A stretch of 63,338 bases of DNA, counting the filler, from Diploschistes diacapsis (lineage: Eukaryota), in assembly GCA_023645945.1 (NCBI GenBank). It is 15 parts of 15 records of this genome, joined end to end, with 100 filler letters (N's around TTAATTAATTAA, not from the genome) between each part and the next. Parts side by side here need not be neighbours in the genome. Positions count along the whole stretch, not along the records: positions 21,695 to 43,233 come from JALAIB010000307.1; positions 43,334 to 44,782 come from JALAIB010003072.1; positions 44,883 to 46,330 come from JALAIB010003073.1; positions 46,431 to 47,878 come from JALAIB010003074.1; positions 47,979 to 49,426 come from JALAIB010003075.1; positions 49,527 to 50,973 come from JALAIB010003076.1; 9 more parts are not named here. One strand, 5' to 3'. The notes beneath the pieces were generated by a model, which was not told the DNA's origin, did no database searches, and saw nothing but the letters and a program-made list of their open reading frames with translations. Numbering within the stretch: position 1 is the first letter of the stretch; each line of letters opens with the position of its first letter. Below are positions 38,057 through 49,885 of this stretch, in pieces. The position numbers and the translations under genes were made by a program.

Positions 38057-38110
38057 GACATGTCATGTGACGAGACATATCATGTGACCAGACATGTCAT
38101 GTGACCAGAC
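38057..38110. repeat. 17-bp tandem repeat x3 (GACATGTCATGTGACCA) containing E-box-like CATGTG
   Basis: Units at 38057, 38074 and 38091 in the divergent Sif2-like/TMEM115-like intergenic region. Confidence 0.8.
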
Positions 38111-38561
38111 GATGGAAAAACTCCCTCGAAGATAAAAGTTGTTGCAACTCCTTGCTTCATTGCTCGGACACGGTCTAGCAGTCTTGTCCGACAGGGTTAG
38201 TCATACCCTACTACTACTACTACTAGAATATCATGTGTAAAATGTTATTAGACTTGAAGCCGCAAAAGAGTAATAGTCGTATTTGGATGTCAACAGGCAT
38301 GATTGGCGCCGTGGTATACGTTGGATGGTTGATAGCTTCAAACTAGCAATGTTTTGCCGAGCCAAGGGAAGCTGAACTTGAATCTGGGATTAAAACGCCA
38401 CGCTAATCCCTGCCAAGCACTCTGTGATAGCTTCAACTTTCTTTGTGTTTCTAAGCGTCAGCTCAACGCTTCTTGGAGCCAAGCTATGTATCTATACTCT
38501 AGCTCCCCAAGCCACCGGTGACGCATCAATCAAAACTTCCTTTTCTGATGAGTAGAGCAAG

Positions 38562-39685
38562 ATGCGCATCAACGTTCCGCCCTGCACGCGAATACTTCTT
38601 GTTCTTCTCGTTGGCTTTTCATTGGTTTACCAAGCGGCCTCATACAGAGCTCACACTCTCGGAAACTCAACGTCCAACGTCATACCCTGGATCACGCTGA
38701 CTCCTCGATACTCTGTATATTACCCTTGGGTGTATATCACGTCCACCTTGGCCGAACAGAATATCATCACCCTTTTGATTGCCGGTGCAACAGTGTTCTT
38801 CGGTGGAAGGTACCTGGAGCGAGCATGGGGCTCCCAAGAATTCATTAAATTCATACTCATTGCAAGCCTCGTTCCGAATGTGGCTGTTGCCATTCTCTAC
38901 GCACTAGCCTTTGCGGTATCCAGAGCAGATACCATTGCGTGAGTGAAGCCGAGTCAAAGTTTGATTGGCAATAGCTAACGAGGAAAATCAGTCACATCTC
39001 CATCCAAGGCTCAATTTCTCTTCAAGCAGGCTTCCTGGTCGCGTTCAAACAGCTCGTTCCCGAGCATACAGTCACAATATTGAAGGGCATAATCAAGATT
39101 CGTGTTAAGCATTTTCCAGCAATATTTCTCATAGCCAACACCATCTCAGGCGTGATATTCTTCACCGATACAGCAGCTGCTCTCTCTTGGCTCGGATTCT
39201 TATCTAGTTGGACGTACCTACGCTTCTACAAGCAGCAGCCCGATCTGTCGGGCACCAGCACGGGTGGAAGCACACTGAAAGGTGATGCCTCGGAGACCTT
39301 TGCGTTTGCATACTTTTGGCCAGATATAGTACATGCGCCGGTGGCTGCTATCTCCGACCTCGTTTTCAATTTTCTTGTTCTTCTCCGGATTTGCACACCT
39401 TTCACCGATGAAGAGGTGGAAACCTCAAATCAGCAAGCTGGTGGGAGGGGCCAGGAACTCCCAAATATCATGGGCCCCGACGCTCGCCACGGCGCAAGCA
39501 AGCGAGAGGAGGCGGAGAGGCGGAGGAAGCTAGCGTTGAAGGCACTTGACCAGAGGCTGCAGGCTGCTTCAGCAAGTCGGCAAACACCCTTATCTTCTCC
39601 AGCCCTACAGAGCAGCAGACCAGAACCCTCCACGCCGGGCAATGAATCCACTCCAATGACGGGTGATGGGGAGTCAAAGACCTAA
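38562..39685 (+). CDS. TMEM115-like Golgi membrane protein (DUF1751, rhomboid-like)
   Basis: GRYLERAWGSQEF, FLVAFKQLVPEHTV, SWTYLRFYK, GDASETFAF, EAERRRKLALKALDQRL. One intron ~38939-38991. Confidence 0.9.
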
Positions 39686-41496
39686 GCTGTCGATCTACTT
39701 TTCACAGCATAATTACCTACTATTGCCGGTAGTAGGATATTTTGTACGATTCTACTAGGTTTCACGTAGCATCGGCGGGCTTAGCAATTTCACGAGCTCA
39801 ATCACACCATTCGAAACATCGCTGTTTTCTCTATTAATCTCCTCTGCTCTAAAATAGCCGACCAGGTTTTAATGTCAAAGTATCCCGAGGTCTGGGAGGT
39901 CTAGAGGATTTCGCGGAGCTTGGATCTGCTCCGTAGCCGCCCTATAGGGCAGAACCTTGAAGAGCTTTCCACACAAAAATTTTGAACACTGAATCTTCTT
40001 CATCTTTCGCAACTTTTCTGAGGACCCTTTGCACCTGGAATGACAACATCATTTATGCAGGTGAGTGGAGGCACAGTTTGTTTTCGCTTTTCTTTCCACG
40101 ACAAGGTGATGCCCTGATGATTTGTTAAACCGCAAAACTAGAGTCTTTGACCCTCAAAGGGCATGAAACCTTGTTGCACACGTCAGTCTGAGCACGGCCA
40201 CGTCTAAAGCTGCATCAAACCTTTCGACTATTTGGCAACAGAGACTAAATTCTTTGCATAGTATCTCTACAATGCCAAATAGTGTCCAGGCAGCGAGGTC
40301 CTCAACTTAGCAGACATGTGATGATGGATGCCGATAGGATACGGTCGAATGGCTTATACCAGGCTGCCCAGTGGAGGCATGTGTCTCTGTGGCATCGCCA
40401 ACAGCAATCTTCTGGTACGTTATCTGTCCGTGTGATATGTGTTTTCGTTGGTCCTTCATCGGAGCAAAGATGATTTCTATCTTTATACGCATTGGAATTA
40501 CCGGCTGAGGCCAAACGGTCTTTGACGACAACTTAGAGGCTGTTTCTGAGCTCCCTCTCCACTTCAGCTTTCGAATATCTTGTGATCAGGCGATTGGCTA
40601 ACTCTGTCTAGCGTTAGAAATCTTGATCAAAGCGCGCTGTTAAAATCAAAGCGTTCGCACTCCAGTCTGCGTTCTGCGTGTCGAATCGAATCTTTGTGGA
40701 GCTTGAAATCCAAAAAAGCAACACGAAGTGTCCAAATCAGCTTAGAATCATCGCGTTTTGCTCGTGATCGCTCATCGAGCCACAGTACTTCCTTGAGTCC
40801 TAAGACAATGGAGATACCAACGCCAGCCGCACAGATTATATATGCTTAGGTGAATTTCAGCTCTACTATTTACACATCGTTATTGCTCTGCGGAAAAGTT
40901 TGAACGGATGAATGGCACTGGGCTCTGAGGCCTTTCAATAAATTGTTGGCCTGTTTGATGGAAATGCCTTTTTGTGGCAGGCCTAGAAAACCTTGCCCAC
41001 TGATCATAGTCAACATGTTTGGCATAGCCAAGAAGACATGCTTGGCCTGTACTGATCGTAACTCTGTTAGGGCGCATCATTTGTCCATTCACATTATTCT
41101 TCGAACAGTGGACCAAAACACCGGTAGCAGCCAAACATCTCGTGATTTCAAGGCTGTTTTGGACAGGTAAGACAAGCGTTCCCATACCCTTTTTCGTATG
41201 ATGAGTTTCTAGATGACGAGTCTGATCCGGGTTACCGATGCAGACAAACATTTCAATTTACATTCATGCAATCTTCTGATATGCGTCTTGTTTTACATGA
41301 GATTTTTTTTTTGAAGGTTCGAGAGTTAGTTCTAACGTCGCTTTAGATGCCTGGGAGAAGTCTCTGATCCACAAGCCCGGAGTTAAAGCATATCTGCTTA
41401 ACTAACCACTGCTTACCATAACTATGCGAATTGACATTCCCCGCCTTTTATGGGTATTGAATGATCATTCGACCATGTTATTACCAAACTGCATGT

Positions 41497-41577
41497 GGCG
41501 GCATGGTCCAATGGTGAAGACGACTGCTGGATGACCTTTTCGTTGAAAGGTCGTGGGTTCGATGCCCACTGCTGCCA
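41497..41577 (+). tRNA. tRNA-like element or tRNA pseudogene (no assignable anticodon)
   Basis: Acceptor stem GGCGGCA/TGCTGCC + discriminator A, D-arm GTC-CAATGGTGAA-GAC, AGGTC, T-arm GTGGG-TTCGATG-CCCAC. The anticodon stem does not pair. Confidence 0.6.
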
Positions 41578-41980
41578 CCCCGAATATTCTTCACTCCAGG
41601 CTTTGTAACCTGGCCTAAATCCTAAGCGGTTTAATCCTGTTCCAACAACACACCATACTCGGCATTCAATGGACAAAAAAATATTTTGTCGGAAACTACG
41701 GACATCCAAAAAACCACGATTACAACAACAGTTACGGTCGCAAAAAAATTGGTTGGGAGAGTAGGGTGGGAACAATGCTTTGTGTGGGAAATTTGGTGTG
41801 GTTTAGCTGTGTGGCAATTCTTGAAGTGTTATTTGGGATTTATGTTGTGTGGTTGGTTTTCTTCCAAAGCCCAGGGGAGTTTTTACGGCAAATACTGGTG
41901 TATAGGCAAATGCAATGCACTTCTTCAAAAAAAACCCAAAAAAAAAAAACCTGCGCATTCTCTTCGACTAGCGCAGCCTT

Positions 41981-42649
41981 ATGATCATGCCTCTCATTCT
42001 CGCACCGGTCATGGAGGCCGATTTGAGTGACATCACAGCGATTGAATCCGCCTCATTCGGTTCCACTTCTCCCATCAATCCCTTGCTCTTTCCAAACGGT
42101 CACACAGATGCGGTATTGGGTATAGGCCTGCATGCTCATCAGAAACAATTTGCAACCGCCGGGACTGTCTACTGGAAGGTGGTGGACACAGAGCTTAATA
42201 ACAAAGCGATCGCTTTCGGACGGTGGCGCATCCGTCGGGAAGATCAACCCGGTCACGGGCAAGCAGAAGAGGAGGATGATGTGGGACAGATGGGGGCCGA
42301 CATAAATGTGCGGATCCTACAGGCTTTTGAGGATAATTCCAGGCAAGTGAAAAAGCGAATCATCGCCGGCAAAAAACGAGTGCATCTATCGAGACTTGCC
42401 ACACTCCCTGCCCATCAGCGCCGTGGTGCTGCCACAATGCTACTGAAGAAGGGCGAGCAAATTGCGGAGCAGGAACGCTTGGACTCGTGGGTCGTTGCCA
42501 GCGATGTGGGCTCGCCACTTTATGAGAAGGGGGGCTTTGTACCAGTCGAAGGTGGGACAATCACGTTTGATCTTGGCTCGGTTGGTGGAAAGGGGATGCT
42601 AGTGAAGAAGATCATGAAAAGACGGCTGAAGAGAGAGGTTACAGACTAG
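41981..42649 (+). CDS. GNAT family N-acetyltransferase
   Basis: YWKVVDTE, LSRLATLPAHQRRGAATMLL (acetyl-CoA motif A), ASDVGSPLYEKGGF. Confidence 0.9.
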   Translation: MIMPLILAPVMEADLSDITAIESASFGSTSPINPLLFPNGHTDAVLGIGLHAHQKQFATAGTVYWKVVDTELNNKAIAFGRWRIRREDQPGHGQAEEEDDVGQMGADINVRILQAFEDNSRQVKKRIIAGKKRVHLSRLATLPAHQRRGAATMLLKKGEQIAEQERLDSWVVASDVGSPLYEKGGFVPVEGGTITFDLGSVGGKGMLVKKIMKRRLKREVTD

Positions 42650-42979
42650 GATCTCTCTTGTGCAGAGCAACGCCTACTATACATTCTATCGTCCTCGCAC
42701 CATTATGGTGGAGTTCGAGGCTTGACGAAAGATAAGCGCCATTATTTTCATCATATGGCCCGAGGAAACACAAGGCTTTGCTTATTAAGGGCGCACATAG
42801 TCTTTCGGTGTCGGGTTGTTGTGTGCCGCAGGAGCGCTTCTTGCTGCGCTGAATCGTACAATCATCTCATGCAGCAGAATGTTGTTGCTCTGTTGCATCT
42901 GCATACATCCAATTGTCGCTGAACCCCTTTCACCTCTTTGCACCCCTTGAACACTTCCCTATAGTGCTCTCTAGTCCTA

Positions 42980-43233
42980 TCAAGAGAGCTTGGGGATGAT
43001 CATCGGCGTGTTGTTCTTCCATTCCCAATACTTCTTATCGTCCTTGAACCGCTTGTCGTACTTGCCTTCGCTGAGAGGCACTCCAGACACCTATCGCCCG
43101 AATCAGCATGTGAAATCCCTAATATTACCGAAAGTAAAGGAAAGGAGGAGAAAACGCACCTTCAACAACAACAAGCTCACAAAAAGCGGACTGACACCAC
43201 ACATCCCCAGCGCCGCCACTCTCCCCCAAACAC
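42980..43233 (-). CDS. DUF1295 (steroid 5-alpha-reductase-like) protein, 3' end (truncated by contig end)
   Basis: VSPLFVSLLLLK|VSGVPLSEGKYDKRFKDDKKYWEWKNNTPMIIPKLS*, with a 69-bp intron 43091-43159 (GTGCGT..GCTGAT..TAG). Confidence 0.8.
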
Positions 43234-43634
43234 NNNNNNNNNNNNNNNNNNNNNNNNNNNNNNNNNNNNNNNNNNNNTTAATTAATTAANNNNNNNNNNN
43301 NNNNNNNNNNNNNNNNNNNNNNNNNNNNNNNNNCAATATTCTCGATTATGGCGATACGTTTATAGATATGTTCGTATAGACGGTAAAAATGGAATTTATT
43401 GTCCGTCTTTAACGTCGTGGTAAATCTCGTAAGCGGTATATATTAATCACTTTTTTATTTATGTTTAATTTTAATTCTTTTCGTTTTGTCTCGATTATCA
43501 TTACGTTTTTAATAGAATCCGTAATAGAATTTATCATTACTTTTTTTAATCGTTTTCGGATTTTGATTTTTAATTAGGTTTTAATATATCCGTTTCGTAT
43601 TTATGTTTCTTATTTATTAATCGTTTGTTTAGAG

Positions 43635-43900
43635 TAGGCTGGCCGTCACTGACACTGGCACTGCCGGTGTCCGTGTCACGGACCCCGCGGTGTCAGTGTC
43701 AGTGTTTTAGATTTTTTAGCTGCGGTGTCCGTGTCCGTGCTCTTACTGTAATACAGTATTTGTGTCAGTATCCGTGTCGAGAAATTTTTTATTACGATAT
43801 CCGTATCCGTGTTTTTACTACAATATAATATCCGAGTTAATGTCCGTATTGAAAAATTTTTTATTACGGTATCCGTGTTTATGCTTTTATTACAATATGT
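43635..43900 (+). mobile_element. Left end of a hAT-like non-autonomous element (TIR TAGGCTGGCCGT, subterminal GTGTCCGTGTC repeats)
   Basis: Same left end at 46130 and 61422; matching right ends at 59510 (minus), 61055, 61695 and 61764. Confidence 0.65.
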
Positions 43901-44239
43901 TTGGCAACGTAATGGATATATTGAAGTCTAGAGGTCTTATCCTATGAAAATATCCTATTGCGTAAACTTTTATACCCTACGGGATCCGCTAAGTCTTATT
44001 ATTAATATTATTCCCGATCGGTTTAGTGAGAGTTCCAGGAAATTTAATTGAATTAAACCTCGGAGTTCAGCAGAATTAAACCCTTAATTAAAACTTAGTC
44101 GAACTTTTAGCTATATCTTCTATTTATCTGCTCAATACTTTCTTATAGGCGGAATCGTCTAGCATATCTATATAGTTTAATTAAATACCTTTTAAATTAA
44201 ATCGCGTTTCTTAATAAAGACGTCGTGTTTCGAATAGTT

Positions 44240-44782
44240 TAATAGTTTCGTAAGCCCGTCAGTAACCATTTTATCGATAGAAACATAAGACACCCTAATA
44301 CGTCCTTGCTTGACAAGATCTCGTACGTGATGATAAGCAATGTCGACGTGCTTTGAACGATTTCCTTGCCTGGTTCAATGCCGTCGTATCCATTAAGCGG
44401 TATCTTTTGGCCCTTGTGTATATCCGTTATCATCTTAAAACGCTGGAGCATCTTCTCGACGTATATTTCTTAATTTAGGGTCAATTCAGCTAAACTTATT
44501 AAACCTGAACCTAAACTGCGCTATCGCTGAATTCTTATATCTAAAAGTTTTTTTTTTTTTTAGATTTTTGACCTTATAACGTTTAGCCAGTACTTTTTTA
44601 AACTATCATATATTATATAAATCCGATGTTACTATAATAATATCGTTCACGTAAAGGTTAATTAATAACTTTCGATTTCGTAAAATAAAAACGTACGAAT
44701 CAATATTAAATCGAACGAATCCTAAATTTAGAATTATATTATCGTATTCTTTATTTTAATTTTTAATCGTTTATTTTAACTT
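44240..44782 (-). mobile_element. RIP-degraded Ty1/Copia reverse transcriptase
   Basis: LGFVRFNIDSYVF...LYVNDIII (YVDD to YVND); homologous to 47342-47878. Confidence 0.8.
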
Positions 44783-44882
44783 NNNNNNNNNNNNNNNNNN
44801 NNNNNNNNNNNNNNNNNNNNNNNNNNTTAATTAATTAANNNNNNNNNNNNNNNNNNNNNNNNNNNNNNNNNNNNNNNNNNNN

Positions 44883-45050
44883 TATTATTAAAACTTTAAA
44901 ACTTGTAGACAGTCGTTAATATCCGATTTTAATAATATCGAGTTGTTTCGATGCGAAGCGGCCATTGTCGAGAAAAACCGAAAGAATGATGAATATCGCA
45001 ATGTAAGGTGGCCCGGATGGGGGGGTGGCCCAGATTACCGTCAAACACGT
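44883..45050 (+). mobile_element. pogo/Fot1-type transposon right end
   Basis: Ends GGTGGCCCAGATTACCGTCAAACACGT|TA; similar to 60810-60969. Confidence 0.7.
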
Positions 45051-45060
45051 TATATCACAA

Positions 45061-45620
45061 GAACGCGTTAATTCTAATTAAGATTATAATAAAGGATTAT
45101 TACAATAAACGTTATTAAGCTAAGTTTGTTAACGTCGACGATAAAGTTAGATTACGATTATACCGAAGGTTTAAGTTTTTTAGAATAATAAATCGGACTA
45201 TTAGTCGGCAATTTTCGGGGTAATATAGAATGTTAGAAAGAATTAGAAAGCTAGTTTACCGCTTAGGTTTTTCGGAACATGTTAAATTTCACCCAGTCGT
45301 ATCGATTACCCACCTCGAAACCTTTTTATAAAGAAACGACCCGTACGAACGACTTTAATGTTCATCTTAATCTATCCCAATTGACGAATAAGAAAGATAC
45401 TTCGAGATAAAGAGATTGTTGACCAAAAGGAGGTACCAAAGAGGTAAAAGTTATATTATTAAATATTTAGTTAGGTAGCTAGAATACCTATTTAAAGATG
45501 ATACGTGGATTAATATTATGGAGCTGGGATATTTATAGAATTTATTGACATCCACGAACGTATATAAAGTTAAGAACAGGATTAGGCTTTATGACAGGTA
45601 GATATCTAAAAAAGCTTTAA
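45061..45620 (+). mobile_element. Ty3/Gypsy (chromovirus) integrase C-terminus and chromodomain relic
   Basis: RQFSG*YRMLERIRKLVYRL...FHPVVSITHLE and RLLTKRRYQRG..KYLVR*LEY..DDTWIN..ELG. Confidence 0.7.
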
Positions 45621-45845
45621 AGGGTTTATAAAGAAATTATTATAGAAAGATGGAAAAGAGGACCTTAATATATCGAGTAAAAGAGAAATTAAGCTTAACG
45701 ATTATAAGAAAATTTATAATTAAGGATAATGAAACGTGGATATAAGCGGATTTGAATTTGTTTAAAATATATTTTAAGCGTTTGTTTTGGGGCTTTTATA
45801 ATTTACAGCTCATATAGGTTTTTGGTTTTTTCGGAAAAACAAGTA

Positions 45846-45889
45846 ACGTATATGTATAGCGAGCGGACATTTATAGCGAGCGGACACCC
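45846..45889 (+). mobile_element. pogo/Fot1-type TIR (TA|ACGT..., internal direct repeat TATAGCGAGCGGACA)
   Basis: Reverse-complement match at 61135-61179. Confidence 0.7.
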
Positions 45890-46129
45890 TTCTCGATTCG
45901 TACGAGTTGTAATTACATTTGCGTAATCAATTCTTACGATAATTCATTATATTAATTATTAGTATTTTTTTTAAAAGCTATAGATTTTATTTCATAAGTT
46001 CGCGTATTATGCCCGGACTGATTATGTTTGTTATAACGTCGTACGCGTAATCCGACTTCTTTCGTACGACCTTTATTTTTAGATATATCAGCCTCTTCTG
46101 TACGAATTTCGATCTTTAAAGACTGTAAT

Positions 46130-46330
46130 TAGGCTGACCGTCACTGATACTGACACGGCCCGTGTCAGTGACACGGACACTAACAATGTCAGTATTAATA
46201 TTTTAGATTTTTTAGTTACGGTATCCGTGTCCGTGGATTTACGGAAGTATAATATCCGTATTAATATTAATATTTAAAATTTTTTAATTATAATGTCCGT
46301 GTCCGTGTTTTTATTATAATGTAGTATCCG
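46130..46330 (+). mobile_element. hAT-like element left end
   Basis: TAGGCTGACCGTCACTGATAC...; colinear with 61422-61620. Confidence 0.65.
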
Positions 46331-46649
46331 NNNNNNNNNNNNNNNNNNNNNNNNNNNNNNNNNNNNNNNNNNNNTTAATTAATTAANNNNNNNNNNNNNN
46401 NNNNNNNNNNNNNNNNNNNNNNNNNNNNNNTGGATCTAATTTCCCCCTATCTCGTATCCATGGTCCTAGTATTATTAGATTATTAATCCAATACTTGGAT
46501 TAATGATCTAATGATCTAGACCATCTGCAATCCCACCTAGTAGTCTATAACTACTAGTAGGATGTTTGACTGTAGTTAGTAGGATGTTCAACAGTTGTTA
46601 ATGGCGTGTCCTGAATGGTTAAAGAACCTTCAGGGTCCTACTAGTGTTA

Positions 46650-47341
46650 ACTAGTCAGATAGACTAACCCATTTAGGTTAATAATCTGACAATTTTCAAA
46701 CTTAAGATAATGGTTTTTAGTATCTTGATAATCTCCGCTCGTTCGTCTCTTGCGATTTAGCGGCATCGCGTTGGCGTCGGGATGAATATTAGCGTCGAAG
46801 AATTTCTCGTTAGTTTTTAATCGTTTAACGTCGTTTTCCATGCGTTTTAGGCGTTTTTTGATTGTAGTATTTTTTTATTTATTTTTAGTACTTTTATTCG
46901 TTTTTGTAATCGGATATCTTTTAGCCGAATTTGTTTTAGTTTTATAAGGTTAAAAGTTTTTTTCTTCGGTACTGTCTCGCTGGCAGGTCGGTTATTAGCA
47001 GCTTACGATTCGTTAAGTTCGTTTTCTGATTTCTGTTTGTTTTGTAGTTATGGACGGGTATTACGTTTCGATCGCGAATTATTTGTTATATTTCGAACCG
47101 TAGTTCTTAAGGAGGAGGAGAAGTTATAACTATAAAATGAATACTATAGTGTAATAATAAGGTAGATAAGTGGTTATTCGATAGTTAAATCTTTGTTAAT
47201 TGATAAATGTATTGATAAAATAACTTTTAAAAAATTATTTTTGTCTGCGAAAACTTTGTTCTTATATAAGAACACGTTAGCGGGCCTTGGTATATGCTTG
47301 GCATACCCTCTGGTAGCCCTTATGGGGTTCTGCGTATTACA
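46650..47341 (-). mobile_element. LTR family A (~212 bp, 47131-47341) plus leader, abutting Copia RT
   Basis: Minus-strand start TGTAATACGCAGAACCC; reverse complement of 53614-54066. Confidence 0.8.
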
Positions 47342-47878
47342 ATAATCCTAAACTTAAGATTCGTCCGATTTAATGCTAATTTATGCGTTTTTATTTTGCG
47401 AGATCGAAAGCTATTGATTAACTTTTACGTAAACGATATTATTATAGCAGCACCGGACCTACATAACGTATGCTAATTTGGAAAAGTACTAATTGAACGC
47501 TATAAAGCTCTTAGAAATAAGAATTCAGCAATAATACAGTTTAGGTTCAACTAAAATAACCCTAGATCAAGAGATATACGTCGAGAAGATGCTTTAGCAT
47601 TTTAAAATAATAACGGATACATATAAGAACCTGAAGATACCGCTTAATAAATATGACCGTAATAAATTAAACAAAAAATCCTCTAAAATAGTTAATAAAA
47701 TATTATTTTAAGAGATTATTAATAATATCATATATTTAACGATTTATACGAAATCAAATATTATATTTATTTTTAGACAATTAAGCCAATACATAATTAA
47801 CCTATACATATATCATTTATATATTTTAAAGGGACTACTCCTCTACATTCGGAAGATAAAATTATTAAAGTTTAATTC
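47342..47878 (+). mobile_element. RIP-degraded Ty1/Copia reverse transcriptase
   Basis: FVRFNANLCVF..FYVNDIII..., LDQEIYVEKML, TKSNIIF..RQLSQYI. Confidence 0.8.
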
Positions 47879-47978
47879 NNNNNNNNNNNNNNNNNNNNNN
47901 NNNNNNNNNNNNNNNNNNNNNNTTAATTAATTAANNNNNNNNNNNNNNNNNNNNNNNNNNNNNNNNNNNNNNNNNNNN

Positions 47979-48605
47979 ATTATAGTCTATTAATCTTATA
48001 ACCGTGTTTAATAAACTTTATTCGATCTATCGGACCTCTTTATTTCTATTTTATAGCCTTCTTTTAACCTCGAATTAATTCGATTTAGATTTATTCTTAT
48101 TATATAATTCTTTATTAAATACGACCGAACTACGAAAGATTAATAAAGAATTTAATTAAGCGTTGCGAGCCGTTTTAAAACTAATTAATTCGATTCGACG
48201 TTATTCGAATCGAATAACCTGTATACTTAAATCGACGTATATTAAGTTCATAACGTTTCGTAAAGAAAACCGAGAGCAAAAAGCGCTTCTTAATAATCGT
48301 AAAAAACGTAAATTAAATAAACGAATCGAATTAAAAAGTCATTTTATATTTAACATAAACGAAATTCTTAAAATAACAATTCGGGTTAAATCGAATCAAA
48401 CAGTTTCAAAACGACCTATAACGCGTAAAAAACGTCGTCGCATTTCTAAAATCGAGAAAGATAAAAAGGAAAAAAATAGATTCGATTCAGATCGATTAGA
48501 TTCTAATTACGACGAATAGGTTATATCTAAAAACCGTAGAATGTTGGCGGTAGTGATTTCAGGTGGCCGGACTCTAGGGGTGGCCGGACTCACCGTCAAA
48601 CACGT
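47979..48605 (+). mobile_element. pogo/Fot1 transposase C-terminus and right TIR
   Basis: RKENREQKALL..RKKR..KRIELKSHFIF; ends GGTGGCCGGACTCACCGTCAAACACGT|TA. Confidence 0.7.
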
Positions 48606-49885
48606 TACATCCATTACGTTACTAAATAAATTATAAACCCGGATTAACCTACTCGAACCACTTCGTCTTTAATTATTAAAAATAAATTTTCCCGGCAGTT
48701 AAAACGATTACGAACACGTGACCGAATACGCTAACCTTATCTAGAAGGCCTAAATCGAAAAAATCCGAAAACCTAAGATCTAAATTATAAAACCCTAGGA
48801 TAAATAGATTCAAAAATAAAAATTATATTACTTTAAAAGAACGCGGGACCTTATTATATTAATCTAAAATAAACCTAAATAAGAAATAATTAGATCTAGA
48901 TATCATCTATATAAATTAACGAAAAATAACTTCCTTTTCTCCTCAACAATATCGAAATTCAATTAAACCACGCTAAACCCCATCGATCATTTATTAACTA
49001 TCGAAATCCAGCCGAACCGCTATCCTCGCTATTAAATCCATTCGATTCCTTCGTTAATCATCGACCTTCAGCTGTACCGTTACTAAACCTACTCGATTAC
49101 TTAACAATCATCGAAGTTCAACTAAACCTTACTAAACCTTTCGATTACCTTCATTTCTACTACAAAGAATCACCTTCTATATCATTCATTAATCACTTAT
49201 TAACTACGAATTATTCATTCAACAAATCTTCTTTATTTACGAAAATAACAATAAGATAAACGACATCTTATCCAAAAAACGGGTTATTCCTATCCTAAAA
49301 AAAGAGAATTAATAATAATAATTCGAATTCATACGCATATATCTTAAAAATAAAAAGGTGAATTACGTCCTTAATAATCAGCTATTATCGCCTACTATAA
49401 TCACTCTAGATGATTCTATATCATCTNNNNNNNNNNNNNNNNNNNNNNNNNNNNNNNNNNNNNNNNNNNNTTAATTAATTAANNNNNNNNNNNNNNNNNN
49501 NNNNNNNNNNNNNNNNNNNNNNNNNNCCCTTTTATGTTCCGTATATAATCCTTTCCACCATCTCCCCCTTGTCTCCCCTGCCCCAATACCTTCCTATATT
49601 CCGCTACAACCCCCTCCGCCATCACCTTCCTCCTCGTCTTTCTTCCCCCCCTTCATCTCCTTCCACAACCCTCTCCTTTCTTTCGTCTACTGCCTCCATT
49701 GAGCCTCACTCCTACCCACTTTTCCTAAATAATCTCCGTCCTGCTCCCCTGCATGCCTATTTCTCCATTTCCTCCCCAGTATTCCGCTATCCTTTCCACC
49801 AATCTCTTCGCCTTAATCTTGCAATACCACCCGCTGCTTACCGTCCATCAACATCCGACCACATGCCGCTGATCGCCAATCACAG

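Noticed and set aside
39700..41400. Short ORFs between the TMEM115-like gene and the tRNA-like element
   Set aside because: No recognisable motifs or consistent exon structure.
41495..41578. Selenocysteine tRNA (9-bp acceptor stem, extra hairpin)
   Set aside because: No TCA anticodon, the T stem is 5 bp rather than 4, and the D stem is short.
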